Shown: positions 40,456 through 52,150, numbered from the stretch's first letter. The stretch: DNA of 64,000 nt from an uncultured Chloroflexia bacterium (GCA_963751345.1 CAVVUS010000014.1:32001-96000); one strand, 5' to 3'. Notes: generated from the letters alone by a model not told the origin. Numbers and translations are program-made.

Positions 40456-43400
40456 TCAGCTCGCAGAAGGGGGTGGACAAGTCCGCCATAGCGCCGCAAT
40501 CTCACGGTTGGCCGCGACGTTCTCGAGGTAGGAACGTCGCAGCAACTCATCATCGACGGCAGCAGCCCGGCCCGACAAAAGACGGTACCCTTCGGCCAGC
40601 ATTCCCCACGCTCGCGGGTCGCCGGCGGCCTCAAGCACCTGATAACAGGTCAGATAGATGCGCACCGGCTCTGCGGTGCCATCGACGCCGCCGTGCTCTA
40701 GATAGGCGAGAATCTGCTCGACCTGCGCGAGCGCGGCGCTTAGCCTGCCCTGGTGCATATACAGCCGGGCCAGCGCAGCCTGGACCTCGGCAGGCATACC
40801 GCGCGGGCCGGCTTTCTGCACCACACCGAGTGCGGTGTCGTATGCTTGCCGCGCACCCCTATCATCCCCGAGGTCGACGAGCGCGTGGCCCATCACCATA
40901 TGAGCCACGGCCCGATTGTAGGGCAGCCACCCGTATTCGGCGTAATGCCCGGTTTCCAGAACAAAGTCGATGGCGCGTTGTGCATAAGTCTGCGCATCCC
41001 GCAGGAGGCCCTCGTGCACCAGTATCAGGGCCGCACGTCCCAAACCCCAAGCCCGCGGGATCAGCCCTCGGCGCTGCGTGGGAAAGGCCAATGCCGCCTG
41101 GAGTTCACGCCAAGCCCGCAAGTAGTCTCCCAGTTCGTCAAAGATGATACCCCTGCAGGCAAGACAACTGGCTTCGGTGACACGGTCGCCTACGCTTTGA
41201 CAGAGAGGCTGCTGCGGCAGCGAGATGCGCCAGTGCCTCGCTGTACCTACCCAGACAAGTCTCGTGGTAGCCTAAAACATAGAGCGTGCTGCCCTGGGCT
41301 TGTTGGTCACCCACCTCGCGCAGAATCGGCAGCGCCGCCAGTCCGCCGGCCCGGCCGCTGGCGAAGTCACCGAAGAAGCCAGAGACACCGGCAAGCTGCC
41401 TGAGCGCTCGCCCTTCACCACTCCGATCCCCGGCTGCGCGGTAGAGTTCGAGGGCCTGTCGCAGCAGGTCACGCCCTTCGGGCCGCAGTTCGCGACTAAG
41501 GTCGACCCCCATCGCGATGAGAATCTCGGCCTCCAAGCGCTGTGGGCCCGAGGTCCTGACAATGGTCAGGGCCCGCTCAAGGTAGTCCAGCACCTGCGTA
41601 TCGGCGGCTCCCGGATCTGCCAATGCCTGACCAATGCGGAAGTACGCCGACCCCTCAAGGGTCAGGTCGTTGCTGGCACGAGCCATCTCGATCGCCCTGC
41701 GCGCCAAGGAAAGCGCTACCTCCGCATCGTGGACGGAGACGGCTTGTTCAGCACGGCGGATCAAGCACTTCGGCCATCTTGTGGGTATCCTGCGCGCGAT
41801 CTGCGAGCGCGGTCAGGCTTTCAAGATCCTTGGTCTGGGCTCTGCGGTCGCCTATCAGATTGTAGACACGTTCGCGCGCCAGCAACAAAGCGTAACGCGT
41901 CTCGTCATCGTCATTCGGCACGAGGGATAGAGCGCGAGAGAAGAATAGGAGTGCCTCGTCATTCGCATATTGCGAAGCGGCTTGCCTGCCTGCTCGCTGG
42001 AGGTAATCCACAGCTCGTGTCAGGTCTCCTGCCTGTTCCCAGTGGTAGGCCAGCAGGCCTAACTGCGCCTCCGTCTGCTCCGGATAGAGCCGTTCTTGGG
42101 CCTCCGCAACGCGCCGGTGCAGCACTCGCCGCTTACGCTGCAGCAGGCTCCGATAAGCCGCTTCCAGCGTGAGCTGATGCTCGAAGATGAACTCCCGGTC
42201 CGGGGGGCGGTCTGCAATAAGGTCCGGGCCGCCGGCATGCTCCCGGATCAACTGCGCACGCAGCAACTCAAGTAATGCGCCATTCAGCAACCCTTCCCTG
42301 AATCCAGGCTCCTCCCCTGAGACAATGTCCAGCAGCAGGTCATAGCTGAAGATGCGTCCCATGACAGCCGCCAGTTGCAGCACGCGCCGCGCTTCCAACG
42401 GCAGACGATCAATGCGGGCCGTCAACACCCCCTCGATCGTCGCCGGCGGTCTTTCTATCATTGCACCTTCGTCGACAAGAGATCGCACGATCTCTGCCGC
42501 GAAGAAGGGATTGCCTTCTGCACGCTGCTGCACTTGCCTCACCAGGTTCACATCGACCCCACTGCCTCTGCCGCCTGCCTGCAAGTAAGAGCGGACCAAC
42601 GCCTCACTCTCTGTCGGCTGCAAAGGACCCAATGACAGATCGGTGTGGCGATGACCGTACTCTCGCATGGCTGTCTCGCGCACGTGCCAGGATCCGTGGG
42701 TTCGCGCCGGGCGCATCGCGATGATAACCAACATTGGCACTTGATCGGTCAACGCCAGCACATGTTCAAGCAACGCCAGCGAAGCGCCATCTGCCCAGTG
42801 GAGATCATCAAGGACAGCCACAAGGGGGACACGCCGTGCCACGGAGGTTAGTAGGGTCGTGACAGCCTGGAAAATCGCGTTCCGGAGCATCCCCGTCGGC
42901 ACCAATCTATCAAGACTGTCCGCAGTCTCCGCATCCTCGGGCAGCGCCAGGAGACGCCTCAGGTAGGGCGTAATCTCGTCGGCCCGATCCGGACAGTGCG
43001 CACGCACCTCCTCTTCCAACGCTTCACACGTTGCGAGCGTGCAGGATTCCGATAGACCGAGCAACCTTCGTAGTAGCTCCTGCCACCCATAGTAGGCCGT
43101 GCCTTCAGTGTACGAAAGCCACTGCCCCTCCACCCACCTTAAGGCCGAGGTACGATCAGATGCCTCCGAGGACGTCTCCGCTCTATGCGCATTGTCGCTG
43201 GCGTCGTCACCGATGGCCCTTGATCTGGCTTCTGCTATCAGGCGTGACTTCCCGATGCCGGCCTCTCCCACGACGGTCACGACCCCACCAATCCCTGCCT
43301 GGAGGCGAACGATAGCGGCGGTCAGCGCCACCAATTCCGCCCCCCGTCCGACCAACGGCACGCGCAGTCCGCCGACCGCGTGTTCCGCAGGTGTCGGCAC

Positions 43401-44931
43401 TGCCGCCACCGGACTGTACAGCCGCACCACAGTGTCACGTTTGGTGTCCGCGACCTCACCCAGCCGTGTCCACGCAAACTGCTCAGCCACATGCCGGTAG
43501 GTAACCTCCCCTACCCACACCGTACCGGGGAGTATCTGTTCCCGAATGTCACGCAATTGATCGATCACCGTCGCGTGAGCTGCCACGCCGCCGTGTGCCC
43601 GGGCCAGGATGATGGCCTCGCCCGTGTTGACGCCTACAGCTGAGGGCCCGACCACGGACCTCGCCCTGCATCGAATCCAGTGTCTCGTCCGCGGTGACTG
43701 CTCGCATGATGCTCAGCGCCGCCAACACGGCACGTCTGGCATCATCCTCGTGCGCAACATCCGCCCCAAAGGCAGCCACGAATCCGGCGTCATACGTTTG
43801 TACGATCGTGCCGCCATAGTGCATCACCGCTCCTCGCGCACCTTCGAGGACCTCGTGCAATGTCTCAGCCCACATTTCGAGATCCGCACCCGCTACCGGC
43901 CTCTCTATGCCGCTGGTTTCAGCCAACAGGAAGGTCACGGTACGGCGTTCGCCTCCTGAGAGCAATCCGCTCCTTGTGCCATCCTCTTCGATACGCTGTG
44001 GGGGAGCCCCAGATCGTGACAGTACGGGACCAGGCGGACGCTGTCCGGGGATGATCGACCGATCTGACATAGCAGCTTGGTCCACGGTGCTCCAAGCCTG
44101 ATCCGTCGGGCCCTGGGCCAAGGGCGCTGACTCTGGACTCAAAGGCGAGCCCAGTTCGCCACGGCGGATCTGCGCATAGAGATCCCTCGTCGCTGCCTCC
44201 GGCTCGATCCCCAGCTCCTCCTCCAAGATCCGCACGCAGCTCTCGTACTGCGCCATGGCCGTGGCGCGTTGCCCACCAAGTGCCAACGCGCGCATCGTCT
44301 GCCGGTGCGCGCTCTCCCGCCACGGCTCCAACTCAATCTGCCGCCGCGCATAGGCCAGGCTCTCCCGGTAGCCTCCCCGCTGCTCGTGATGCGTGGCCAG
44401 TTGCCCTAACGCGTCCAACACCCGCACGTGGAGCGATTCCCGCTGCGTCACCATCCACCCCTCAAACGCCGCCGAAGGATACGAGAACCCCGCCATGAAA
44501 TCACCACGGTACAACTCCGCCGCCACCGTCAGGCGCTCCACACACGCTGTGTCCAACTCTGTCCCTGTAGGGGCATGCCGGCCAACCCAGCGGAGGTGCT
44601 CGTCGAAGGTGTGGAGATCCACCGAAATGTCGCTGCCCACATCCAACTGCAGGTCACCTCGGGAGATCAACAAGTAAGGAGGATCGGCATTGCGGTCGCT
44701 GATGGCGTTCCGCAATCTGTAGAGGGTAGTGCGCAGGTTCCGAAGGGCATCGGCATCCGGCCATTCCGGCCAGAGCAGACCGGCCAAGACCTCACGCGGC
44801 ACAGGGCGTTCCGCGTTGGCAGCCAAGTAGGCCAGCAGAGCCCGCGCAGCCTCTGCCTCGAAATCGATTGCGGGCTCTCCGTCGCGTGAGATCCGCATCG
44901 ACCCCAGCAACTCGATGGTCAGTGTTCCCAT
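40456..44931 (-). CDS. SARP-cyclase-like-STAND-TPR regulator, copy 2 (about 3 frameshifts)
   Basis: Paralog of 34777..39253: BTAD, GEAGIGKSRL, LDDLHWAD, GNPFF, TPRs, C-terminal RSYLENVAANREI. Confidence 0.85.
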
Positions 44932-45124
44932 CCCACTCCTATCCCCCGCCCACAAGGGATGGATGCCACAGGACAATCTCTACTCATCATTTTACCCCGG
45001 AACGACGGGAAACGAAGGAACTTTGCACTCGCAAGGGTCGTGACGACCTCGTCGCACTTATGTGTCGTTTTCGATGCGCCTCTGCGCTTCAGTAAGCACA
45101 GCAAGAGAGAACGGAGAGGCGCAT

Positions 45125-46039
45125 ATGGACGGAAAAGGACGGCGATGGATCCTTGTACGGATCACAATGATATTGATGTGCTTGCCCGTGCTGTTCATGC
45201 CCGGACGTACGGCACAGGTTGACGCGATGGGCGTTACCACGACGGTGAAAACCGGCACGCCTATGACGACGGAAGAACACAATGCCCTCACCCGACGAGC
45301 CTTGAATCTGGTTGGATGGCCCCGGAACCTGCACTATGGCTTCCTCGCCACGTGGCCTTCCGATCGACTGGACCGCCTGGTGAAATGGATGGAGCTGGGA
45401 TTTCGCATCGATGGGCCCTGGCAATCGGATGAGCTGAACCTTGTGCTCGACGTCATGGGCGATTTTAGCGCCATCTATGGCGAATCCCGATTTGCAGAGA
45501 TTGTCAGGGCTGCTGTCCTGGCCGGCTCAGGTGGCACGCGTCAGGACCTGTGGCTGGTTAAGGACAACGGTCAAGCGATCTCCGTCGCCGCCTGGTATCC
45601 GACAGCGGGCCGCATAAGCATTTGGAACGGGTTATTCGACGATGGGGTTTTGGCCGCTCACTATCACTGGGACTTTCTGACAGGTCCCTACGTTCATACT
45701 GACAACGAAATCGATCTTACGCGCGTCATCGTCGGCCACGAATTCGGCCACATCGTGATCCACGGGCTCCAGGCAGAAGCGGAAGCTGCCGGGTATCACC
45801 GCGCCTCGCTCGAGCACATCTACAGCCACTTCGCGGACCCCTCACTGCGACCCCATGGATATGGGAGCACCCAGGAGAGTCTGGCGACGGAGATTGCCGT
45901 CTGGGCACTGGGTATCGGCCGTCCTCCCGAGGTAACGAAGTTCCGGAACGCTTTCCTCCGCCCCACGGTCGAGGGTTCATCGTGGGTCGAGGAAGCTATG
46001 CCCCTCCTCGCGCAGGCCTCGGCCCACGGCGCGCGATGA
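45125..46039 (+). CDS. Secreted HExxH (zincin-like) protein, copy 2
   Basis: Signal peptide; HEFGH and QESLATE; paralog of 39458..40363. Confidence 0.7.
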   Translation: MDGKGRRWILVRITMILMCLPVLFMPGRTAQVDAMGVTTTVKTGTPMTTEEHNALTRRALNLVGWPRNLHYGFLATWPSDRLDRLVKWMELGFRIDGPWQSDELNLVLDVMGDFSAIYGESRFAEIVRAAVLAGSGGTRQDLWLVKDNGQAISVAAWYPTAGRISIWNGLFDDGVLAAHYHWDFLTGPYVHTDNEIDLTRVIVGHEFGHIVIHGLQAEAEAAGYHRASLEHIYSHFADPSLRPHGYGSTQESLATEIAVWALGIGRPPEVTKFRNAFLRPTVEGSSWVEEAMPLLAQASAHGAR

Positions 46040-46056
46040 CCCCCTAACGTGCAGAA

Positions 46057-46088
46057 CACCCTCGACGGCCCGGTGGCCGTCGAGGGTG
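46057..46088. terminator. Hairpin after HExxH gene copy 2
   Basis: CACCCTCGACGGCC-CGGT-GGCCGTCGAGGGTG. Confidence 0.6.
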
Positions 46089-46234
46089 CGCGCGTAGCTT
46101 CGAATGCCCCTCGCGCTTCGCACAAGGACAGGTATGATAGGGCCGTAACGGCGCCCGAGCCGGAGCGCTATGTAAGACACCGGTCGAGAGTCCCTTCATA
46201 GAACCTTGACCCGTTATGTCCCAGAGGTCGTCAA

Positions 46235-46390
46235 ATGCGACGGTTCCGCTCCACAGTCGCTTGTTTGGTCGTATGCGCGGCAATAGCGTTGCTTCCTCCC
46301 GCAACAAACGCCACCCTGACCCACGCGGCTGACGGGTTGTGGGACGACGCGTGGCCCTACCGCAGTCCTGTGACCGTGAGCGGCAGCTAG
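46235..46390 (+). pseudogene. 51-aa signal-peptide ORF, probable truncated secreted protein
   Basis: GAGG RBS; MRRFRSTVACLVVCAAIALLPPATNATLTHAADGLWDDAWPYRSPVTVSGS*. Confidence 0.45.
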
Positions 46391-46430
46391 GAATCCACCA
46401 AGACCCTATCGCAAGCAAAGGAGAAAGAGT

Positions 46431-46976
46431 GTGACTGTAAATGAAGCCCAACGAGAGATGCGTTCCGTATTCCAGGGCGGCTACATCGGCCAGGCAGTAT
46501 CAGGAATTCTATGGCTGATCTCCGCTGCACTGGGCACGTGGGTGAGTACGAGGCTGGGCATCATGTCGTTGTTCATAGGCGGTATGTTGATCTATCCGCT
46601 GACACAGCTCACCCTCAAGTTGGCGGGGCGTCCGGCCTCGCTAAGCTCAGGGAATCCCCTGCAACAGCTAGCGCAACAGGTGGCCTTTATCGTTCCCTTG
46701 TGCATCCCCGTGATTGCTGCTGCAACGCTGTACAACGTGAACTGGTATTATCCGGCGTTCATGGTCATCGTCGGAGCGCACTACCTTCCGTTCGTGTTTC
46801 TCTACGGTATGTGGCACTATGCCCTTCTGACCGCCCTGCTCATCGGCGGGGGTGTTGCCATCGGGTATACAATGCCTGATAGCTTCGCCGTGGGGGGATG
46901 GGTCACGGGCGGCCTGCTGGTGGCATTCGCTGTGGTTGTGTCAAGAGTATGGTCCCGTACCACAGAAGCGAGGTGA
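46431..46976 (+). CDS. Membrane protein (DUF7010-like)
   Basis: NPLQQLA and IVGAHYLPFVFLY motifs; about 6 TM helices; AAGGAG RBS. Confidence 0.75.
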   Translation: MTVNEAQREMRSVFQGGYIGQAVSGILWLISAALGTWVSTRLGIMSLFIGGMLIYPLTQLTLKLAGRPASLSSGNPLQQLAQQVAFIVPLCIPVIAAATLYNVNWYYPAFMVIVGAHYLPFVFLYGMWHYALLTALLIGGGVAIGYTMPDSFAVGGWVTGGLLVAFAVVVSRVWSRTTEAR

Positions 46977-46977
46977 G

Positions 46978-48129
46978 ATGATCAGAGAAGAAGGGCTGAG
47001 CATTGCAGTCGTGGGGCTGGGCTTCGGGGCGGAGTTCGTCCCGATCTACCTCGACCATCCGGACGTGCGCTCAGTATCGATCTGTGACACGAATCCGGGT
47101 CGGCTAAGCAGGACCGCTGGTATGTTCCCCGTGGACCAGTGCTTCGAGGATCTGGATGAGGTACTTGAGAGCGACAGCATCGATGCGGTTCACCTTGTGA
47201 CCGGCATCCCTGATCATGCCTCACAGGCTATCGCCGTACTCAAGGCCGGCAAACACTGCGCTTGCACGGTCCCGATGGCGACGAGCATCGAAGACCTCAG
47301 GGCGATCATCGCGGCCCAGCGCGAAGCCGAACGGAACTACATGATGATGGAGACGGCGGTCTACACGCGCCAGTTCCTCTATGCGAAAGGGTTGCGGGAT
47401 CGAGGTGAGTTCGGCCGCATCCAGTTCCTCCGTGGCGCGCACTATCAGGATATGGAGCGTTGGCCTCCCTATTGGGCCGGGCTTCCGCCAATGTGGTACG
47501 CCACGCACGCGGTAGCTCCCCTCCTTGCGCTCGCAGAGACGAGAGCCGCCAAGGTCCACTGCTTTGGCTCCGGACAGATGCGTGAGGAACTACGTGCACA
47601 GTACGGCAACCCCTATCCAGTCGAGACTGCCATCTTCCAGCTCGAGAGCCCGGGTCTGTCCGCGGAGGTCACCCGCACGCTCTTTCACTGCGCAAGGCAC
47701 TATATGGAGAGCTTCACCGTCTACGGTGAGAACGCCTGCTATGAGTGGCAAATGGAAGACGAGCATCCGCTCCTGATGCGGATGAGCCCGCTGGTTCCAG
47801 GCGAAACACGGCGCCAGGAGCCTGTGACCCGACCCGAGCCGCCGGACCGCGCGGATCTGCTTCCCCCCTCTATCGCCCGCTACACGCAACGCTTCGTCTA
47901 CGGGAAGGACGCGCATCACCTATCGTTCGAGCAAGGGGGTGGCCACCACGGATCGCATCCGCACCTGGTGCACGAGTTCGTCCGCAGCATCGTCGAAGGA
48001 CGGTCGCCCAAAATCGATGCCGTCACTGCCGCTAACTGGACGGCTGCCGGTATCTGCGCGCATGCGTCGGCGATGGCTGGGGGCTGTGAGATACTCGTCC
48101 CGGATTTCTCTGATGGACCGCCCCGGTGA
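46978..48129 (+). CDS. Gfo/Idh/MocA oxidoreductase
   Basis: VVGLGFG, AGKHCACTVP and GGGHHGSHPHL motifs. Confidence 0.88.
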   Translation: MIREEGLSIAVVGLGFGAEFVPIYLDHPDVRSVSICDTNPGRLSRTAGMFPVDQCFEDLDEVLESDSIDAVHLVTGIPDHASQAIAVLKAGKHCACTVPMATSIEDLRAIIAAQREAERNYMMMETAVYTRQFLYAKGLRDRGEFGRIQFLRGAHYQDMERWPPYWAGLPPMWYATHAVAPLLALAETRAAKVHCFGSGQMREELRAQYGNPYPVETAIFQLESPGLSAEVTRTLFHCARHYMESFTVYGENACYEWQMEDEHPLLMRMSPLVPGETRRQEPVTRPEPPDRADLLPPSIARYTQRFVYGKDAHHLSFEQGGGHHGSHPHLVHEFVRSIVEGRSPKIDAVTAANWTAAGICAHASAMAGGCEILVPDFSDGPPR

Positions 48130-48345
48130 GTGCGCAGGAACGCGTGACGTTGACAATTTCCGCGACAGCCGTGACAATCGGTGCAGTGACCAACACAGCC
48201 ATCTTCTCCGGCACTGAGGTGCTGACCGAGACTGCGCATCTGTTGATCTATGGGTCGCAGACGTATCTGCCCCTCGTGCTCAAGAGATGACGAAATTGGT
48301 TTCCAAGGCAGCTATGGATCATCCCAAACCCGGAGGTATTGCGAA

Positions 48346-49785
48346 ATGACAGAGCTGGAGATCACTCGAGGACCGTTTGAGCCCACCTGGGAATCACTGC
48401 GGCAGTTCACGTGTCCGGACTGGTTTCGAGACGCGAAGTTCGGCATCTGGTCACATTGGGGACCGCAAGCCGTACCGATGTATGGGGACTGGTATGCCCG
48501 CAACATGTACATGGAGGGCTCTCCCCAATACCGGTATCACTGGCGGAAATACGGGCATCAATCGGTCTTCGGATACAAAGATGTCGTCAAGCTGTGGAAA
48601 GCAGAGGCTTTCGATCCGGAAGCCCTGATGGATCTGTTCGTAGATGCCGGCGCCAAGTATTTCGTCGCCCAGGCAGCGCACCACGACAACTTTCACAACT
48701 GGAACTCGACGCACCATCGCTGGAACTCGGTCAAGGTTGGCCCGGGCAAGGACATCGTCGGCCTTTGGAGAGATGCAGCCCGCAGCCGTGGCCTGCGCTT
48801 CGGACTCTCCGAGCACATCGGCGCCAGCTTTCACTGGAACCGTCCCAGCAAGGACGCAGACAAGACCGGCCCCTATGCGGGCGTTCCTTACGACGGTAAC
48901 GATCCAGCCTACGAGGACCTGTACATTCCGAACCGCGACGCCAAGAACCTGAGAGACGGGGGCGAATGGTACACCGATAATCCGTGGTGGCACGAACGGT
49001 GGTACACGTACGTCAAGGAGGTCATCGACCTCTATCAGCCGGATCTGCTCTACTCAGATGGCGGCGTGCCCTTCGGCGACTACGGGTTGTCGATCATTGC
49101 GCATCTCTACAACTCGAGCGCCCTCCAGCACGGTCAAAACGAAGCGGTCTACAACCAGAAAGACAGAAAGCCCGAGGTATTCTCCGTGGGCGTGTTGGAC
49201 CTGGAGCGCAGCAACCAGCCGGACATCCGGCCCTTCGTCTGGCAGACCGATACCAGCGTCGGCGATTGGTTCTACAACGTGCGGGATGTCTACAAGACGC
49301 CCAAACAGGTCGTCGAGACCTTGGTCGACATCGTGAGCAAGAACGGCAATGTCCTGCTGAACTTCCCCCAACGACCGGATGGCACGCTGGACGACGAGTG
49401 CATGTACATCCTCACGTCATTGGCGCGCTGGATCAAGGTGAATGGCGAAGGCATCTACGGCACGCGTCCCTGGAAGATGTCCAGCGAGGGGCCGTCAAGC
49501 GTCGTGATCGAGGGATTCAGAGAGGATGCCGTCAACTGGGGCGTGGAGGACTTCCGGTTCACGGCCAAGGGCGACACCGTCTACGCCTTCATGATGAAGT
49601 GGGCCGAAGGCGGCAGGACCGTCATCCGCAGCCTGGCCAAGGGCAGCATGCCGCAGATAACCTCAGTCACCCTGCTGGGCACGGGGCCGGTGGCCTTCGA
49701 GCAGACCGTGAGAGGGGTCGCTATCGACCTCCCGATGGAGAAGCCGTGTGACTACACCCAGTGCTTCCGCGTCACGTTCGCCTAG
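48346..49785 (+). CDS. Alpha-L-fucosidase (GH29)
   Basis: FEPTWESL, AKFGIWSHWG, AHHDNF, LYSD and VSKNGNVLLN motifs. Confidence 0.92.
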   Translation: MTELEITRGPFEPTWESLRQFTCPDWFRDAKFGIWSHWGPQAVPMYGDWYARNMYMEGSPQYRYHWRKYGHQSVFGYKDVVKLWKAEAFDPEALMDLFVDAGAKYFVAQAAHHDNFHNWNSTHHRWNSVKVGPGKDIVGLWRDAARSRGLRFGLSEHIGASFHWNRPSKDADKTGPYAGVPYDGNDPAYEDLYIPNRDAKNLRDGGEWYTDNPWWHERWYTYVKEVIDLYQPDLLYSDGGVPFGDYGLSIIAHLYNSSALQHGQNEAVYNQKDRKPEVFSVGVLDLERSNQPDIRPFVWQTDTSVGDWFYNVRDVYKTPKQVVETLVDIVSKNGNVLLNFPQRPDGTLDDECMYILTSLARWIKVNGEGIYGTRPWKMSSEGPSSVVIEGFREDAVNWGVEDFRFTAKGDTVYAFMMKWAEGGRTVIRSLAKGSMPQITSVTLLGTGPVAFEQTVRGVAIDLPMEKPCDYTQCFRVTFA

Positions 49786-49824
49786 GACACGCAGGGGCAA
49801 TCCGGCACAGATAAGGTGGGAAGT

Positions 49825-50622
49825 ATGACCTATGCTGCAGCCAACAAGGAGGCCTGGGAAGAGGCCTTCGAGAAGCACCAACAGGGATATAAGATCGATC
49901 CTGCCGACAGGCTCCTGGAGCACGAAGGCACCTTTCTCGACGAGCCGGTGATCGAGGCCTTGAAGCGGATCGGGGTCGCGGGCAAGGTCGCGGGACAGTT
50001 CTGCTGCAACAACGGGCGCGAGCTGCTCTCCGTCGTCAAGATGGGAGCCCGAAACGGCATCGGCTTCGACATCGCCGAGAACTTCATCGAGGAGGGCCGC
50101 AGGATCGCCGCCAAGGCCGGGCTCAATGCGACCTTCTACGCCACGGATATCGCCAACATTCCGGCGACGCTCGACGGTATCGTCGATGTGGCCCTCATCA
50201 CGGCGGGAGCGTTGACGTGGTTCGAGGATCTCACGGCGTTCTTTCACAAGGTCGCCCAGGTCCTGGTGCCGGGTGGCGTCGTACTGATCCACGAGATCCA
50301 TCCCTACACCAACATGCTCGCGATGCAGGGAGAGCCGCCGTTTGATGCGGCGCACCCGGACAAAGTCGCGTACAGCTACTTCCGGACCGAGCCTTGGGTG
50401 GAGACGGACGGCGTGGACTACGTGGGCGGGACCACCTATCTCTCCAAACCCCTCTACAGCTTCTCCCACACGGTCGCCAACATCATCAGTGCCGTCGCCC
50501 GGAACGGCATGGTGATCGAGGAGATGCACGAGTACCCGACGGATATCTCGGCGAGTTTCGGCCATCTTGACGACCGTGGGGTACCGCTTTCCTTCCTGCT
50601 TCAGGCTCGAAAGGGAGCGTGA
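49825..50622 (+). CDS. Class I SAM-dependent methyltransferase
   Basis: QFCCNNGRE, GFDIAE and LVPGG motifs. Confidence 0.85.
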   Translation: MTYAAANKEAWEEAFEKHQQGYKIDPADRLLEHEGTFLDEPVIEALKRIGVAGKVAGQFCCNNGRELLSVVKMGARNGIGFDIAENFIEEGRRIAAKAGLNATFYATDIANIPATLDGIVDVALITAGALTWFEDLTAFFHKVAQVLVPGGVVLIHEIHPYTNMLAMQGEPPFDAAHPDKVAYSYFRTEPWVETDGVDYVGGTTYLSKPLYSFSHTVANIISAVARNGMVIEEMHEYPTDISASFGHLDDRGVPLSFLLQARKGA

Positions 50623-50632
50623 GGCGAGCGAC

Positions 50633-50700
50633 ATCTGATCTTCCGGGAAGCTAAGAGGCCGGTCTCATCCGGAGACTTGCCTCCAAGCTTCCCGGAAGAT
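50633..50700. repeat. Dispersed stem-loop repeat, copy 2
   Basis: ATCTGATCTTCCGGGAAGCT...AGCTTCCCGGAAGAT. Confidence 0.75.
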
Positions 50701-50726
50701 TTTCGGCGGGAAGCTCCGCGTAACCG

Positions 50727-51941
50727 CTACGGTCGCGCCCCCAGCGTGAGCGGCAGCGTCAACGTCTGACCGTCGCGCAGCACCGTGAGCTCGAGCGTTT
50801 GGCCTACCTCCGTATGGAGGACGAGGTAGGTGTTCAGATCCGAGAAGCCGTTGATCGGCTGCCCATCGATCGCGATAATCAGGTCGCCTCCCTGACCCGT
50901 CTGGAGATCCGCACCCACCAGGCCCGCCTGATCCGCCGGGCTGCCGGGCGTCACGGAGATAACGTACGCTCCCCGGGTCTGGGAGATGCCGTACAGGTCC
51001 AGCTCCGACAGAGATATCTCGCCGTCGAAGCTGACACCCATGTAGGAATAGGTCACCTTACCCTCTGATATCAAACTGGGTGCCACGCGCTTCACGACAT
51101 CCACCGGGATGGAGAAGCCCACACCCGAGTTGGTCCCCGTCGTGGTCGCAATGGCAGCATTGACGCCGATCACCTCACCCTGCAGGTTGAGCAGCGGCCC
51201 GCCGGAGTTGCCGGGGTTGATCGGCGCATCGGTCTGGATCACCTGAGGTAGGGAGTAAGTGCTGCCGGTCGTCGTCGTTCGTTGGGACGGCAGGCTTCGA
51301 TCCAACCCGCTGATGATCCCAAACGACATCGAGCCCTGCTCGCCGAAGGGATTGCCGATCGCGACGGCCAATTGGCCCACCGCGACCGGATCGTTCGCCA
51401 GGGGAATCGGTGCGACGCCGTCAGGCAGGCTCTCGACCCGGAGCACTGCCAGATCGCTGTCGGGGTCAGTGCCGACCAACTCGCCACTCTCGCGGTCACC
51501 GTTCGAGAATACAATCTCATAGCTATCGCCGGCCTCGACGACGTGATTATTGGTCACGATGTAGCCGGCACCACTGCCATCCGGTTCACCATAGACGAAG
51601 CCACTGCCACTCCCTCCCGAGGCAGCGAACCCGGTCCCAGAAGTCACGACGATGTACACGACCGAGGGATTGGCCTCGCGGTAGACGGCCATCAACGTAT
51701 CCTGAAGTGATATCGCGGATGCTTGCACGACCTCGGCGGCGACGGTAGGGGCAGGCGACTGAATCACCGGTGCTGTGTCGTCCCGCTTGCCCAGCGTCGA
51801 CTCCAGTGTCTTGGCCGTCGGAGTCACAGCGGTCCCCGTACCGGCAGCGCCCAGGGGAACGGATATCGGTCCACAGGCCGCCAACACCACGAGCATTGCC
51901 ACGATGGTGGCCGTCAGTCTCTTCACACGCGTTGCACGCAT
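50727..51941 (-). CDS. htrA: HtrA/DegP-like serine protease lipoprotein with PDZ domain
   Basis: TNNHVV, DLAV and TDAPINPGNSGGPL motifs; lipobox LAAC. Confidence 0.92.
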   Translation of the reverse strand: MRATRVKRLTATIVAMLVVLAACGPISVPLGAAGTGTAVTPTAKTLESTLGKRDDTAPVIQSPAPTVAAEVVQASAISLQDTLMAVYREANPSVVYIVVTSGTGFAASGGSGSGFVYGEPDGSGAGYIVTNNHVVEAGDSYEIVFSNGDRESGELVGTDPDSDLAVLRVESLPDGVAPIPLANDPVAVGQLAVAIGNPFGEQGSMSFGIISGLDRSLPSQRTTTTGSTYSLPQVIQTDAPINPGNSGGPLLNLQGEVIGVNAAIATTTGTNSGVGFSIPVDVVKRVAPSLISEGKVTYSYMGVSFDGEISLSELDLYGISQTRGAYVISVTPGSPADQAGLVGADLQTGQGGDLIIAIDGQPINGFSDLNTYLVLHTEVGQTLELTVLRDGQTLTLPLTLGARP

Positions 51942-52050
51942 CACATTTCCTTCCCAGCTAAGCTCTTTTGTCGCCTTGTGTCTATCCGCTGATGCCCACC
52001 ATCGCACCACCGGATGGCTGCATTCCACTAGTATAGACTACGGGGCACGG

Positions 52051-52089
52051 CTGCAAATTACCTTTGACGCTACTGAGAGGACACTGAGA
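52051..52089 (-). promoter_or_regulatory. TCTCAG direct repeats upstream of htrA
   Basis: CTGAGA at 52073 and 52084; degenerate CTGCAA at 52051 (in 11-bp phase). Confidence 0.65.
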
Positions 52090-52116
52090 GTAGGACGCTC
52101 GGCCCAGACAAGGAGT

Positions 52117-52150
52117 GGCCCTGTGTGCCGGGCGGTTGGCACACAGGGCC
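52117..52150. terminator. Hairpin downstream of the 52217 gene
   Basis: GGCCCTGTGTGCC...GGCACACAGGGCC. Confidence 0.6.
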
